Of a stretch of 64,000 bases of DNA, positions 1-9,642 are shown one piece after another. The notes under the pieces are model-generated. The model had not been told where the DNA came from and ran no database searches. It worked only from the letters and a program-made list of their open reading frames with translations. The position numbers and the translations under genes are program-made. The first letter of the stretch is position 1. Each line of letters starts with the position of its first letter. Origin of the DNA: Patescibacteria group bacterium (GTDB lineage: Bacteria; Patescibacteriota; Microgenomatia; Levybacterales; UBA12049); assembly GCA_023485865.1 (NCBI GenBank), contig JAMCZC010000002.1:1000-64999 (forward strand), written 5' to 3'.

Positions 1-43
1 TCAATAATATGTCGCTAAAGTTAATTTGTCAAGTGCTTTTCTG

Positions 44-400
44 TCAAAACCAAAACCTTCCTCTGCCGCCTCCTCCGCCCCCGCCATTTCCCCCACCGCC
101 GAAAATCAAAGTACTTACAATCTGGATAATGAAAAAGGAAGCGGAGATAACAATGAGTCCTACTATTGAATAAATCAGCCTATTTCTGGCAGACTGGATT
201 TTTTGCTTGTCTCCTCCCGACATTGTCCATTGAATTCCGGCAAATATTACAAAGGCCAGAGCCGCAACGTCTGCTAAGACAAACAATATGGTTAGAGCAA
301 CCTGGATAATGCCTATTCCGCTTGTGCCAAAGCCTCCGCTTGGAATGCCGCTCGGCACAGGAATAGGGCTCCCATTCATAGTCAAAGCTAACTCTTTCAT
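44..400 (-). CDS. TrbC/VirB2-like pilin (small two-helix membrane protein with Gly-rich C-terminus)
   Basis: 118 aa with two long hydrophobic helices separated by a short basic loop (QWTMSGGDKQKIQSARNRL), the TrbC/VirB2 pilin architecture. The C-terminus is a poly-Gly tail. ATGA start/stop overlap with the upstream gene on the same strand. Family assignment is from topology and motif only, not a search. Confidence 0.45.
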   Translation of the reverse strand: MKELALTMNGSPIPVPSGIPSGGFGTSGIGIIQVALTILFVLADVAALAFVIFAGIQWTMSGGDKQKIQSARNRLIYSIVGLIVISASFFIIQIVSTLIFGGGGNGGGGGGGRGRFWF

Positions 401-1548
401 GGTTTAAAAGCTGGTATATGCAATATGTCCACGCCGATTATTTGCAGTATAACAAGAGCGAAAATGATAAACAATAAGCCGACAATAGCCGCCGTAAGCT
501 GTTCCCTTGCCCCCTTAAGCGCTTCGGGATTGCCTTGGGATGATAATATTTTGTAGCCGGAAATGATAATTAATAGAAGCGCAACTCCCCCAGAAATGCT
601 CAATATTAAACCGAAAGCCCAAGCAATAAAACCTGAAGGATTAGTAGAAATACTTCCTAATGCAGTTTTGCAACTGTCTCCAAAGCAATTGATTTGGTTA
701 AACTGGTCCTGCGTTGTTCCTTTTTGACAAGTAAATTTCTGGTAGTCGGCGTCCGGCAGGCAAACGTATACCCCGTTGCCACAAGAGTTAGCCTTACTCG
801 GGTCGCACTCGCCAGTGGGAACACACGTGTAGGTAGAATTTAATGTAGGGTGGGAGCATGTAGTACTGCCTGTGCAGGCCGGAGAGCATCCTGTATTGGG
901 GACAAAATTGCATTTGCCAATTGTATTAACTCCATCTATGAAGTTGGCGTAAGTTCCAGAAGCGTATTCGCAAATTAAATTACTGCAACATGTCGCTTGG
1001 GTTCCTGCACTGCCAATGCACCCTGTTTGATCTTGTTTAATGCAGTTCGGGACAGGAGGCCTAACAGGAGAACCTTTAGGGTACGCACACCACATTTTGC
1101 CCGCATTATCAAATGAATAACAATACCCTGAACCTGAACATGAGGCTGAACCATAGCCCCATGCAGAACAATCATGGGTGCTGGTGGGGCATCTTGGATC
1201 TCTGTTGGCGCAGTTATAGATAGGGACTGGTGGCGCACCAGTTTTATAAGCACAAAAATGTGCATTATTTTCAGTAGAAAAATAACAACCATTAAGTGTA
1301 TGGCAGTCATTAGCGGGGGTTGCGCTACTTGTTAAATCCTTGCAGTTAGGGTATAGGGAGGTATTTTGCGGGTTACAAGTACTGCTAGTTGGGCTGTTAA
1401 ATCCCGCATTTGGCCTGTTTGAACAGTCAGCTGCATTAGCCTTGCCTGAGAAAGAGGTTAAGAAAAAAGAAATAAAAAAAAATGAAAAAATGAAAATAAA
1501 TATCTTCCTCACACTTTTATCGTACCTTAAGAAATAAACAAAATGCAA
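397..1548 (-). CDS. Secreted Cys-rich protein with C-terminal TrbC/VirB2-like pilin domain (putative pilus-associated adhesin)
   Basis: 383 aa. N-terminal signal-peptide-like hydrophobic segment ending AN-AAD. About 300 aa with roughly 40 Cys, rich in G/S/T/N/P. The last ~80 aa repeat the two-helix-plus-basic-loop pattern of the downstream pilin gene (GFIAWAFGL...YKILSSQGNPEALKGAREQL...IVGLLFIIFALVILQI). 4-nt overlap with the 44..400 gene. Confidence 0.5.
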   Translation of the reverse strand: MHFVYFLRYDKSVRKIFIFIFSFFFISFFLTSFSGKANAADCSNRPNAGFNSPTSSTCNPQNTSLYPNCKDLTSSATPANDCHTLNGCYFSTENNAHFCAYKTGAPPVPIYNCANRDPRCPTSTHDCSAWGYGSASCSGSGYCYSFDNAGKMWCAYPKGSPVRPPVPNCIKQDQTGCIGSAGTQATCCSNLICEYASGTYANFIDGVNTIGKCNFVPNTGCSPACTGSTTCSHPTLNSTYTCVPTGECDPSKANSCGNGVYVCLPDADYQKFTCQKGTTQDQFNQINCFGDSCKTALGSISTNPSGFIAWAFGLILSISGGVALLLIIISGYKILSSQGNPEALKGAREQLTAAIVGLLFIIFALVILQIIGVDILHIPAFKP

Positions 1549-1572
1549 GCCCTGCCCCTATAGATTTCCGAT

Positions 1573-1959
1573 TTATGATTTTTGATTAATGAATGTTTTA
1601 CTTTTTCTGATAAGGCCCTGCAAAAGCGGCCCAACGATATTTGATTGTTTACTTAAAATTGTAAATTGGCTTTCGGTTAAATAGCCTACGTCTTTTGCAA
1701 TAAGTATAAAATTTTTAAGCTCGGATAATGAACCTTTTGCTAAATAATAAAACTGGACTTTTTCTTTATAAGTTTGCCTTCCAAACCCCTCCGCGATATT
1801 TGCAGTTATTGAAGCCGCAGCTCGTCTCATCTGGTCGATTAGCGAGTAGGTTTCTTCTCTTGGGAAATCTTTGGTTATTTTATATACCAAAACAACTAAT
1901 TCATGCCCCTCTTTCCATACGTTCAGATCGGTAAATGATTCAATCTTTCCGTTATTCAT
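1573..1959 (-). CDS. four-helix-bundle protein (23S rRNA intervening-sequence protein family, TIGR02436-like)
   Basis: 128 aa, all-helical. Sequence pattern (W..GHELVVLVYKITKDFPREETYSLIDQMRRAAASITANIAEGFGR...YYLAKGSLSELKNFILIAKDVGYL) matches my memory of this family. Confidence 0.55.
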   Translation of the reverse strand: MNNGKIESFTDLNVWKEGHELVVLVYKITKDFPREETYSLIDQMRRAAASITANIAEGFGRQTYKEKVQFYYLAKGSLSELKNFILIAKDVGYLTESQFTILSKQSNIVGPLLQGLIRKSKTFINQKS

Positions 1960-1996
1960 AAATCTTTAATCAATAATCAGTAATCTTTAAATTTAC

Positions 1997-3382
1997 TTAC
2001 ACAGTAAATTTGAATCCGCGGCCTTTTACCGTTTGGATATGGTTTGGGGTATTGGGGTCGTTTTCTATTTTTTTTCTAAGCCTGAAAATAAGCTGGTCAA
2101 GGGCCTGGTTGGTAACTCCTGCAGTTGACTGCATATTTTCCCAAACTGCATTTATAATTTCTTCTCTTTCAATTATTTTTCCGGCATTTACGATAAAAAA
2201 TTTTAAGAGCTTAAATTCAGACGACGTAAGCTTATCCGAAATAACTAAATTCCCCTTTTTAACCTCATTGGAATTTTGGTCAAAAACAATCTTTTCATTT
2301 TCCGCCGAAAGCTTATTTTTTTCTAAAGCATAGTCTTTTAAAAGCGGAATCGTTAATTTGTTTTTGTCGATTAAACCAACGTTTTCAAGATAAGAAATGT
2401 CCTGATTGGCAAAATTTAAAAGCGTTAATAAGTTTTGTTCGAAAGGGTTTAGGCAGTTCCAAATGCCAAAAAGAGCGCTTCTTACGGGTTTTTGTTTAAG
2501 AAAAAACTCGCCCAGCTCCGAGCTAGACGCTAATGGTTGATTTTTGATTATTGATTTTTGATTATTGATTGTTAGAATTGCCTCCAAACAATGCCTGGTT
2601 AAATTTCCATGTCCTCCGGTTAAGGAAAGAACTTTCCCAAGCGTTTTCTTATCTATTTTTTTGCCTGTTACCTTTTCAAGATATGCAATTCTAAAATCAA
2701 GACCCGGTTTATCTAAAATAGGCAGGTACACAATTTTTCCTGCCATAAATTCGTAAAAATCTCCAAAAAATATAGGTTCAAAAATATCCTCCAGAGGTCT
2801 GGTTGCAGAAAAAACAACGGAAAAGCGGTATTTTGCCCTGTTTCTTAAAACTCTTAAGTTAGCGAAAAAATCAGCGGTTAAAGCGGGAACATATTCTTCG
2901 AACCTGTCTAAAAGGAAAACAATCGCAAGCTCTTTTTCTATGGCCAAAAAATCAATTGCCCTTTTTAGCCCCTGAAATAAAATCAACTCATCATTTAATT
3001 CGATGCTCTCTCTAAAAATTTTATTAACCGCGTCGTATTCATTTTCCATTTTTCTGCCTCTTAAAGAATCTAAAAGCCCTAGGAATATAAATTTAGTTGC
3101 GTCAAAAAGCGGTTTTTTTCTTATTTCCGAAAAATTTAAAAGCACAAAATGAAACCATTTTTGGTTTTCACCTAAATGTTTTAAGCGCACATTTCGGTTA
3201 TAAGCCAAGAGCCCTAAAAGGTTAGATCTTCCTATTCCGGGGACGCCAATTATTTGGCAGGAATTGCCCTCTTTAACAAAAGACAGAATTTTTTCAATCT
3301 CAGGAAATCTCGTATCTTCCGGATACAAAGATTCAAAATGAGAGGAATCGATTGTTAAATTGTTAAATTGTTTCATCTTCAT
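1997..3382 (-). CDS. Transcriptional regulator: N-terminal P-loop ATPase domain fused to C-terminal OmpR/PhoB-type winged-helix DNA-binding domain
   Basis: 461 aa. Walker-A-like GVPGIGRSNLLGLL near the N-terminus (Arg in place of Lys). The C-terminal ~100 aa has the OmpR trans_reg_C signature (FKLLKFFIVNAGKIIEREEIINAVWE...QALDQLIFRLRKKIE...IQTVKGRGFKFTV). Contains an in-frame 15-nt-period tandem repeat at 2536..2571. Confidence 0.55.
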   Translation of the reverse strand: MKMKQFNNLTIDSSHFESLYPEDTRFPEIEKILSFVKEGNSCQIIGVPGIGRSNLLGLLAYNRNVRLKHLGENQKWFHFVLLNFSEIRKKPLFDATKFIFLGLLDSLRGRKMENEYDAVNKIFRESIELNDELILFQGLKRAIDFLAIEKELAIVFLLDRFEEYVPALTADFFANLRVLRNRAKYRFSVVFSATRPLEDIFEPIFFGDFYEFMAGKIVYLPILDKPGLDFRIAYLEKVTGKKIDKKTLGKVLSLTGGHGNLTRHCLEAILTINNQKSIIKNQPLASSSELGEFFLKQKPVRSALFGIWNCLNPFEQNLLTLLNFANQDISYLENVGLIDKNKLTIPLLKDYALEKNKLSAENEKIVFDQNSNEVKKGNLVISDKLTSSEFKLLKFFIVNAGKIIEREEIINAVWENMQSTAGVTNQALDQLIFRLRKKIENDPNTPNHIQTVKGRGFKFTV

Positions 3383-3424
3383 ATCAAAAATAAAATTTTA
3401 AATATAGAATACACATAGTAAAAA

Positions 3425-3796
3425 TCAAATATTATTCCTTTTCCCTTTTAAAGTCAGGACGCTCGATCCGAATATTTTGGAAATTTCATCAAGTTCTGCC
3501 AAAATTGAATCTGCTTCCTCTTTCTCACCGTTACCTGTATCTCGCAATATCAAAACCCAAACCTTGCTTTCATTTGCCGACTTTAGAGAATGATGGAAAT
3601 AGTTCGTATAATCTTTCTTTGAACTTGCAGACTGGCCTTCTATGTAATTACCTAAAATACTTGTCCCGCTTCTTATTAATTGATCTCCGACAATTCTAGT
3701 TGTTTGGGACTTTTTACAATTTTCAACAAATTTAATAATCCTTAAAATAAGGCTATATAAACGTCTTTTAAATTCTCTTTCCCTATTATCTTTCAT
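3425..3796 (-). CDS. four-helix-bundle protein (TIGR02436-like), second copy
   Basis: 123 aa helical protein with the same family pattern (IVGDQLIRSGTSILGNYIEGQSASSKKDYTNYFHHSLKSANESKVWVLIL). It flanks the regulator on the other side. Confidence 0.5.
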   Translation of the reverse strand: MKDNREREFKRRLYSLILRIIKFVENCKKSQTTRIVGDQLIRSGTSILGNYIEGQSASSKKDYTNYFHHSLKSANESKVWVLILRDTGNGEKEEADSILAELDEISKIFGSSVLTLKGKRNNI

Positions 3797-3962
3797 ATTT
3801 AAAATTTAATATTTTATTTAAGTTTTGATATGTATTTTTTATATTTTATATTTAATCTTTTAATTCTCTTCCGCCTTTTGAATTGCTCTGTGGAACTATT
3901 GTAATTTTTTTGTTAGCTAAATATCAAGTTTTTTGTTTGCTTTGGGAATAGAATGACGGCAT

Positions 3963-6900
3963 ATGACAGAGCGAGGGCCAAGAGCAATTGATTTGACAAA
4001 CCAGGCTAATCCTCATAGACTGAATGTAAGAGGAGATATTTTTATGCCAGGAGAACCAGGTGGCGGAGAAACGCCGCCAATACATCATCCAGCAGCAGAA
4101 ACAAGCAAAAAGCCTAGCGAGCCAGCGGAGTCAAAACCAACCTCAAGATATTTACCTGTCACGTTTGAGAGGCAGCAAGAGGTAAGGGAAGCATGGATGA
4201 GAAGACGGGAAGAACAAGAAAGAGGCGGGGAAAGAATAACAAGGGAACAGCTCGAAACGGAAGAAAAACTTATAAGAATGGGAATTCCACCTATTTCAGG
4301 AGGTTCCGGTGATGAACCGGAAGATTCTCAAGGCCAACCTACGGAAACCGATGCGCAAGCTCCTGAAAGAAGAACATTTAAGCCATCTGCTGAATGGCAA
4401 GAAATTCCAAGAAGTGTGGCAATTCCTCCAGGGGCAACAATAAGAATGGATATGGAGTCAGGCAAAAGTTATGCCAAATGGGACACGCCTCCCGAAACAG
4501 AGATTGAATATGAATTTGGAGCAGAAAGTGCCGGAGATGGCGGAGGACAAGAGCCCCCAGTGCGAGGGGCGGGCCCTCCTGCCAGCCCCCCCGGCGGCGA
4601 TGGAGGAGGTAATGAACCGCCCGCTCCGCCAGTAACTCCACCAGGAGGAGAAGGCGGAAATGGAAATGGTGACGAAAATCCTCGGGAAGAACAAGAACCG
4701 GCAAACGAAGGAGCAGATGCGGCTCATGAGCCTGAATCTCCTACGTCGGCCGCAGATCCTATTAGCAAAGCATTGTCTAGGATTCCTGAAGACTTAACTA
4801 AGGATGAAAAAGATTTCATTAGCGAAAATTATGGTGAAGACGCAGAAGACTTAATAAAAAGAGCCACGGAACAAAGAAGGGCGCTAAAACTCTACGCAGA
4901 TCAATTTAGAGAAGAGCGATTTGATAGACTATTCGATCCGGAGCGCTCGTATTATAAATTGAGTGAAGCCATAAGAATGGGAGAGGTCTCCGCGGTAGAG
5001 GCTGAAGAGCTTCGAATGGCAATAGCAACAAGCGCTGTAGCGGAAAGATTACGAAGACAACCCCCTGAAGAAAGGGATGAGATAAGAGATCTACTAGAGA
5101 GAACAAAGGATGGTACGCCGGAAGCAAAACTAGAGAGAAGGAATGGTCTTAAGGGGTGGATTGAAAGAATTAATCCTGATTACATAACAGTTGATCCAAA
5201 TTTCATGCGAGCGGTTGCCGAAGACCCGGAAGCCGCGGAGATGTTTCTTGATAAGATAATTTCAAAACCCTTTGCCTCTCCTGAAGACCAATACAGCCTA
5301 AGCTTTTATGCGGCAATAAATTTATCGGGTTTCTTAACAGAAGTAAATGCCGTAAGTAGACAACGGCACACCGATTATGTGCGGAAAAAAGAAGCTTCGC
5401 TTAGGTTTCATGAAATGAACAGAACCATAATCTCCGAATCGGGCAATCTTGAAGCGTTTTTGAGTATCTCGCGATCGGTAACTCCTCAACACATACAAAC
5501 AGCAACAGAGATAACAGGGGCAGCGCACATGCGACATCTGATTGAAAGCGCCTTTAAAAGGCTATATGCGGCAAAAAATCAAGTAGAGGAACATGACTTT
5601 CCGGAGCAAATTATTGAACGGTCAATAAGGCAATTCTATAGAGATGCAGGGTATGAGCTTGTCGTTGAGCCCGGCGAAAATGAGGGGAAATGGGTATATA
5701 AAGGAAGAGACGTTATCAAAAGCGAATTCCGCGATGCCGATAATAACAAGAGACCCTTAGAAGTTTGGGAAATTGAAAGAGCAGTTGCATTTGGAAGAAA
5801 TATGTCTGCGGCCTTTTACCGTCTATCGGAGCTTGTTTCATGGAGTCATGTTTCCCCGGAAGCGCCGGAATGGCTTAAGTCTATGCCCTCGGAAACCGTG
5901 GTAAGAAATCTCGGAGGCCTTAAAATGCTTCAAGAAAGATTTAAATACGGCCAAACCAAAGGGGGTCCGCAGTTTGTTGCTCTTCTTTACGACAAACTAC
6001 AAAAAGGTTTTAAAGATAAATCCAAAGATTATAACGAAAAGCACGAGAAAGACGGAGAAAGAATGATTACTAAAATTGGCAAACTAAGCATTTTAACAGA
6101 CATACTTCCCACCGGTTTTTATAAGGCCTCGGGATTTGACAAGGGCTGGAGAACTATTGCCGCATACCTTGATACAAAAGTAGCAAGTATAACTATACCT
6201 GATTCAAACATTTTTCCTAATCTAACCAAAAAAGATTTTCCCGAACTCGATCCGAAAAACTTCCCTGACTATAAACCGGAGGATGTGCCAGGCATGGTGA
6301 GAAAAGCAATAGAAGAACTTATGGGTAAAATAAAAGGGAATGAAACAACCTTATATAGATTTCTTCTAAGCCAAGAGCTTGCTGCCCAGCTCGCTACCGC
6401 TGTAAGCGACAAGGAAGCTACGGCTGCCGGGGTATTAACTCCAAAGGAAGACAGACCGTTTAACGCTAAAATACAAAAAATACTTGTTGAACAAGCATTG
6501 ATGCCGCTTTTAGGATATAAATATAACCCGGAGGGAGCTAAGAAAAGAGCTAAAGAGAAAAACCCGCAAGAAGCTAATTGGATAGGTCCGTGGGAATATA
6601 AAGGAGATGCAGAAGCGGGAGATAGGATGGTAGACCAAATAAATCTATCTTTAGGGATTTTGATAGGAAATGGCTCGTCTTCGGAAAGAGTCAAAACTGC
6701 TCTCTGGAAGAAAACTGCGTCTTTCCTGCCGCTTGAAGTTGGGCAACTCTTATCAGAAGCAGGCGTCAGAGAACTTATCGATGATTATGATGTACACAAA
6801 GCCCCCAACGAAAAAATTCAAGGGGAGGGCGAGTTTCTTTTTAGCGACGAATTTGAGAGAAAATTATTCAGGGCGGAACAATCAAGAATTAGAGCGCAAG

Positions 6901-7679
6901 TTCAAGAGCAAGAGAGGGCGGTGGGCGCAGAGGCTAAAGCTGAAAGAATAGCTGGGAGAATTGAGCTCGACAGTTTTCTTGCAACAGCCGGTCTTGATGC
7001 GGATGAAATTGCTTTTGTAAGAAAACTTCAGAAGTTTGGTAAAGATAGAGCCGAACAACTTGCGATGGTTTCTTTCCCGCACATTCCCTTTCTGGAAGAC
7101 GTTCCTTTTGATAAGGCAGATTACATTAGTCTTGGCGCAGAAGTTTTTCCAAGACGAATCGGAAGAGATTTTAGCGGTTATGCAAAAGCAACAGAAGAAG
7201 GCGGAAATATTATCGGCCACCTTGAATTACCATACGAAAACTTTCTTGAAATAGTAGGAAAAGTAGAGGATAGCCTTTCGGGTCCGGAGGGTTCGATAGC
7301 TGCCCAAGATTTGGGCTCAACTTTTCTAAAAACATATATTGATCTTGCCAAACAATGGGGGATTACGCGTTTGCCGCTGGTTAAAGGGGTACGTGAGTTT
7401 AGGGGATTACCAACTTCCGGATTTCAGAAGATCTTCGGACGAGAAGCCCCCTCTTGGGGACCAACGGAGATAAACCATGAAGTTAATGTGGCGCTTGGTA
7501 AAGGACTGATAAGAAGGGAAATAATTCCTGGCGAAAAAGAGTCTCAGACGGATGAAATTTTGCATCACGCACGCGCTGCGTGGCTAAATGTTTTGAATGA
7601 GCAGGGGCCAAAAGGACTGATGTTTCTAATAATGACTGCTCTTTTTAAATTCTTCAAAGAGGTCACGAAAAGTAAGTAA
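3963..7679 (+). CDS. Large acidic hypothetical protein (1238 aa) with Pro/Gly/Glu-rich disordered N-terminal region
   Basis: Single long ORF with no competing frames. No signal peptide or TM segment is visible. Residues ~30-260 are low-complexity (PGGEGGNGNGDE, PPASPPGGDGGG) and locally GC-rich; the remainder looks globular. No domain recognised. The start could instead be the internal MPGEPGG. Confidence 0.6.
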   Translation: MTERGPRAIDLTNQANPHRLNVRGDIFMPGEPGGGETPPIHHPAAETSKKPSEPAESKPTSRYLPVTFERQQEVREAWMRRREEQERGGERITREQLETEEKLIRMGIPPISGGSGDEPEDSQGQPTETDAQAPERRTFKPSAEWQEIPRSVAIPPGATIRMDMESGKSYAKWDTPPETEIEYEFGAESAGDGGGQEPPVRGAGPPASPPGGDGGGNEPPAPPVTPPGGEGGNGNGDENPREEQEPANEGADAAHEPESPTSAADPISKALSRIPEDLTKDEKDFISENYGEDAEDLIKRATEQRRALKLYADQFREERFDRLFDPERSYYKLSEAIRMGEVSAVEAEELRMAIATSAVAERLRRQPPEERDEIRDLLERTKDGTPEAKLERRNGLKGWIERINPDYITVDPNFMRAVAEDPEAAEMFLDKIISKPFASPEDQYSLSFYAAINLSGFLTEVNAVSRQRHTDYVRKKEASLRFHEMNRTIISESGNLEAFLSISRSVTPQHIQTATEITGAAHMRHLIESAFKRLYAAKNQVEEHDFPEQIIERSIRQFYRDAGYELVVEPGENEGKWVYKGRDVIKSEFRDADNNKRPLEVWEIERAVAFGRNMSAAFYRLSELVSWSHVSPEAPEWLKSMPSETVVRNLGGLKMLQERFKYGQTKGGPQFVALLYDKLQKGFKDKSKDYNEKHEKDGERMITKIGKLSILTDILPTGFYKASGFDKGWRTIAAYLDTKVASITIPDSNIFPNLTKKDFPELDPKNFPDYKPEDVPGMVRKAIEELMGKIKGNETTLYRFLLSQELAAQLATAVSDKEATAAGVLTPKEDRPFNAKIQKILVEQALMPLLGYKYNPEGAKKRAKEKNPQEANWIGPWEYKGDAEAGDRMVDQINLSLGILIGNGSSSERVKTALWKKTASFLPLEVGQLLSEAGVRELIDDYDVHKAPNEKIQGEGEFLFSDEFERKLFRAEQSRIRAQVQEQERAVGAEAKAERIAGRIELDSFLATAGLDADEIAFVRKLQKFGKDRAEQLAMVSFPHIPFLEDVPFDKADYISLGAEVFPRRIGRDFSGYAKATEEGGNIIGHLELPYENFLEIVGKVEDSLSGPEGSIAAQDLGSTFLKTYIDLAKQWGITRLPLVKGVREFRGLPTSGFQKIFGREAPSWGPTEINHEVNVALGKGLIRREIIPGEKESQTDEILHHARAAWLNVLNEQGPKGLMFLIMTALFKFFKEVTKSK

Positions 7680-7709
7680 TAATCAGGGTCAGTCTCAAGC
7701 CTAAGATTT

Positions 7710-9428
7710 TCATTTACGCGTAAATGACGGCAATTTAGGGAGCCTTCTTCTTATATAATCCCCGGCTTCAAATACGAGCGCCTGTTTAACGATCGCACTC
7801 GCCGCAGATCCTGGAGCGCCTACAACCGCAGTTCCTGTTCCGAGGTATCTGCCTATCGGAGCAAGGTCAATTTTCGGAGCCTTAAAAGCAGCTTTTGTCA
7901 TATTTACAACACTCGGTGTGGAAAGTATGACTCCGACTGTGATTAAAGCACCTATTGCGCCGGATACTCCGGGGTTGCCAACAAGAGGAGGGACAAATTG
8001 TCCGCCGGTTTGCGTTGCGCCGACAGCAGTACTTAACATTTTTCCAATAAGGAACATAGCTATGGTTACCGGAAAAGCGGAAAGATTAGCAACTATATCT
8101 CTTAGCCAGGCACCGAAGCCTACATTTTGTGAATTCCCCCCAGGCATAAGGCCGGCTATTATCCAAAACGGCGCAAAAATAACATCCACCAAAACCATAA
8201 CGTAGGCTATAATAAGAGTAAACCAAAGCCTGATTAGCGCGGCAAAAACGGCAATAAAAATTATTAAAAATATAATTGTATTAGGGATAATTTCTCTTAA
8301 AAGGACTTCAAAGCCTGCGAGAGAAATAATTCCCGCCCCGCCCCCGATAAGAGTATTTAAGCCAGGTATGTTGCCGAAGAAACCTGCTGGATTTGCTTGA
8401 GCCACTTGTATGCCTGTCATTATTGCTGCTATGCTGCTTATTGTATGAATTAATATGTTTACAGGACTGTTATCAAGTACTCCTCCCAATGGCCCCCCGA
8501 TTCCTATAATGCTCCTAAACATATCTCCGAATGGACCTGCTACCCCCATTATTGCGTTAAAGCCTCCGCCTCCGCTTGCTCCGCCCTTTGCCATCGCATC
8601 AAAAGCTGCAAAAGGAGTGTTGCCTTGGAGAAAAACAGGATTTAGAGTACTTAAGTCAGCATTGGGAACGGACTTAGCAGTTTCAGAAAAAACATTAAAA
8701 AATAAATAAATAGCCACATACATTACGTCGATAAGAAATCCTGCAATTGCAAAGGAAAAAGTCACCATGAGTAATCCGATTATTATTTTGGGAATTTGGT
8801 TTTGAATAGTCATTACGGTTCTTGGGTCAATTTTGACTCTTAGCATGATTGCGATGCCTATAATTACAAACACTAAGATAAAAATAAGATAAACAATATT
8901 TCTGAAAACAGACCAAACGCCAATTAAGTTTAATTTGCTTAGCCCGCAAAACCCAATTCCGCGCGGGTCCTGATAGCAAGGGTTGGGGGCAGGAGATACG
9001 GCGTATGTGGGTTTTGAAATACCAAAATTTTGAGATAAATAGTTAATATAATCTCTGGAGCGTATGGGCGGAGTATATAGGATGGTAATTAAATTACCCA
9101 TTACCCCTACCGCGCCGCCGCCGTTTTCGACAAACCCGATTTTTCCGGTTTTTTGGTCAACGCCTAAGCATTTTGCCGAAGGATTGGTGGGGTCAACTCC
9201 TGCCAGCTGGCAAGTCATTGCCGACATTACTTCTATCATTACGTTTTGCGTCCAGTTGTGGAGATTATTCGGAACATCCGGATTTGTGTTTGGCGAGGTA
9301 TAAGAATTAACCGGTTGAGTTTGCGGCTGAACAGGTGCTTGGGCGAAGGTCGGTGCCTTAATAAGCAACAGCGAAAAAAATACAAGAAGAACAAAAATTA
9401 TGGATTTAAACAAGGCAGCTTTCCTCAT
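7710..9428 (-). CDS. TrbL/VirB6-like polytopic membrane protein (type IV secretion inner-membrane component-like)
   Basis: 572 aa. Signal peptide (MRKAALFKSIIFVLLVFFSLLLIKAPTFAQA) followed by a soluble N-terminal region. At least 6 TM helices and Gly-rich loops (GGASGGGGFNAIMGVAGPFG), typical of TrbL/VirB6. Assignment is from architecture; in the same locus as the pilin genes. Confidence 0.45.
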   Translation of the reverse strand: MRKAALFKSIIFVLLVFFSLLLIKAPTFAQAPVQPQTQPVNSYTSPNTNPDVPNNLHNWTQNVMIEVMSAMTCQLAGVDPTNPSAKCLGVDQKTGKIGFVENGGGAVGVMGNLITILYTPPIRSRDYINYLSQNFGISKPTYAVSPAPNPCYQDPRGIGFCGLSKLNLIGVWSVFRNIVYLIFILVFVIIGIAIMLRVKIDPRTVMTIQNQIPKIIIGLLMVTFSFAIAGFLIDVMYVAIYLFFNVFSETAKSVPNADLSTLNPVFLQGNTPFAAFDAMAKGGASGGGGFNAIMGVAGPFGDMFRSIIGIGGPLGGVLDNSPVNILIHTISSIAAIMTGIQVAQANPAGFFGNIPGLNTLIGGGAGIISLAGFEVLLREIIPNTIIFLIIFIAVFAALIRLWFTLIIAYVMVLVDVIFAPFWIIAGLMPGGNSQNVGFGAWLRDIVANLSAFPVTIAMFLIGKMLSTAVGATQTGGQFVPPLVGNPGVSGAIGALITVGVILSTPSVVNMTKAAFKAPKIDLAPIGRYLGTGTAVVGAPGSAASAIVKQALVFEAGDYIRRRLPKLPSFTRK

Positions 9429-9642
9429 AAACTATACGCTAGACGCTAATTGCTAAACGCTAAATATAGTTTGTCCTATTTTCTTATGGATGTCAACCCC
9501 GTTAAAACTCTGGTTATAAACTTGAATTTAATATGGGGATTGAAAATAGTCAGTTGAGCTTTGAACTAACAAAAGAAACAAAGTTTTAACGGGGTAAGGT
9601 TTGTTAAAAAACATAAATTGAAGTAAAATACCCTTAGGATAT

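Noticed and set aside
975-1537. ORFs 975..1310(-) and 1340..1537(+) inside or antisense to the Cys-rich pilin-fusion gene
   Set aside because: Alternative-frame or antisense ORFs fully contained in a longer, better-supported CDS; low-complexity translation.
4378-7254. Multiple 60-140 aa antisense/alternate-frame ORFs within the 1238-aa gene (4378..4704, 4458..4727, 4906..5127, 5334..5537, 6269..6694, 6670..6951, 6882..7220, 7036..7254)
   Set aside because: All are embedded in one continuous long ORF. Their composition is typical of shadow ORFs in a GC-richer, Glu-rich coding region.
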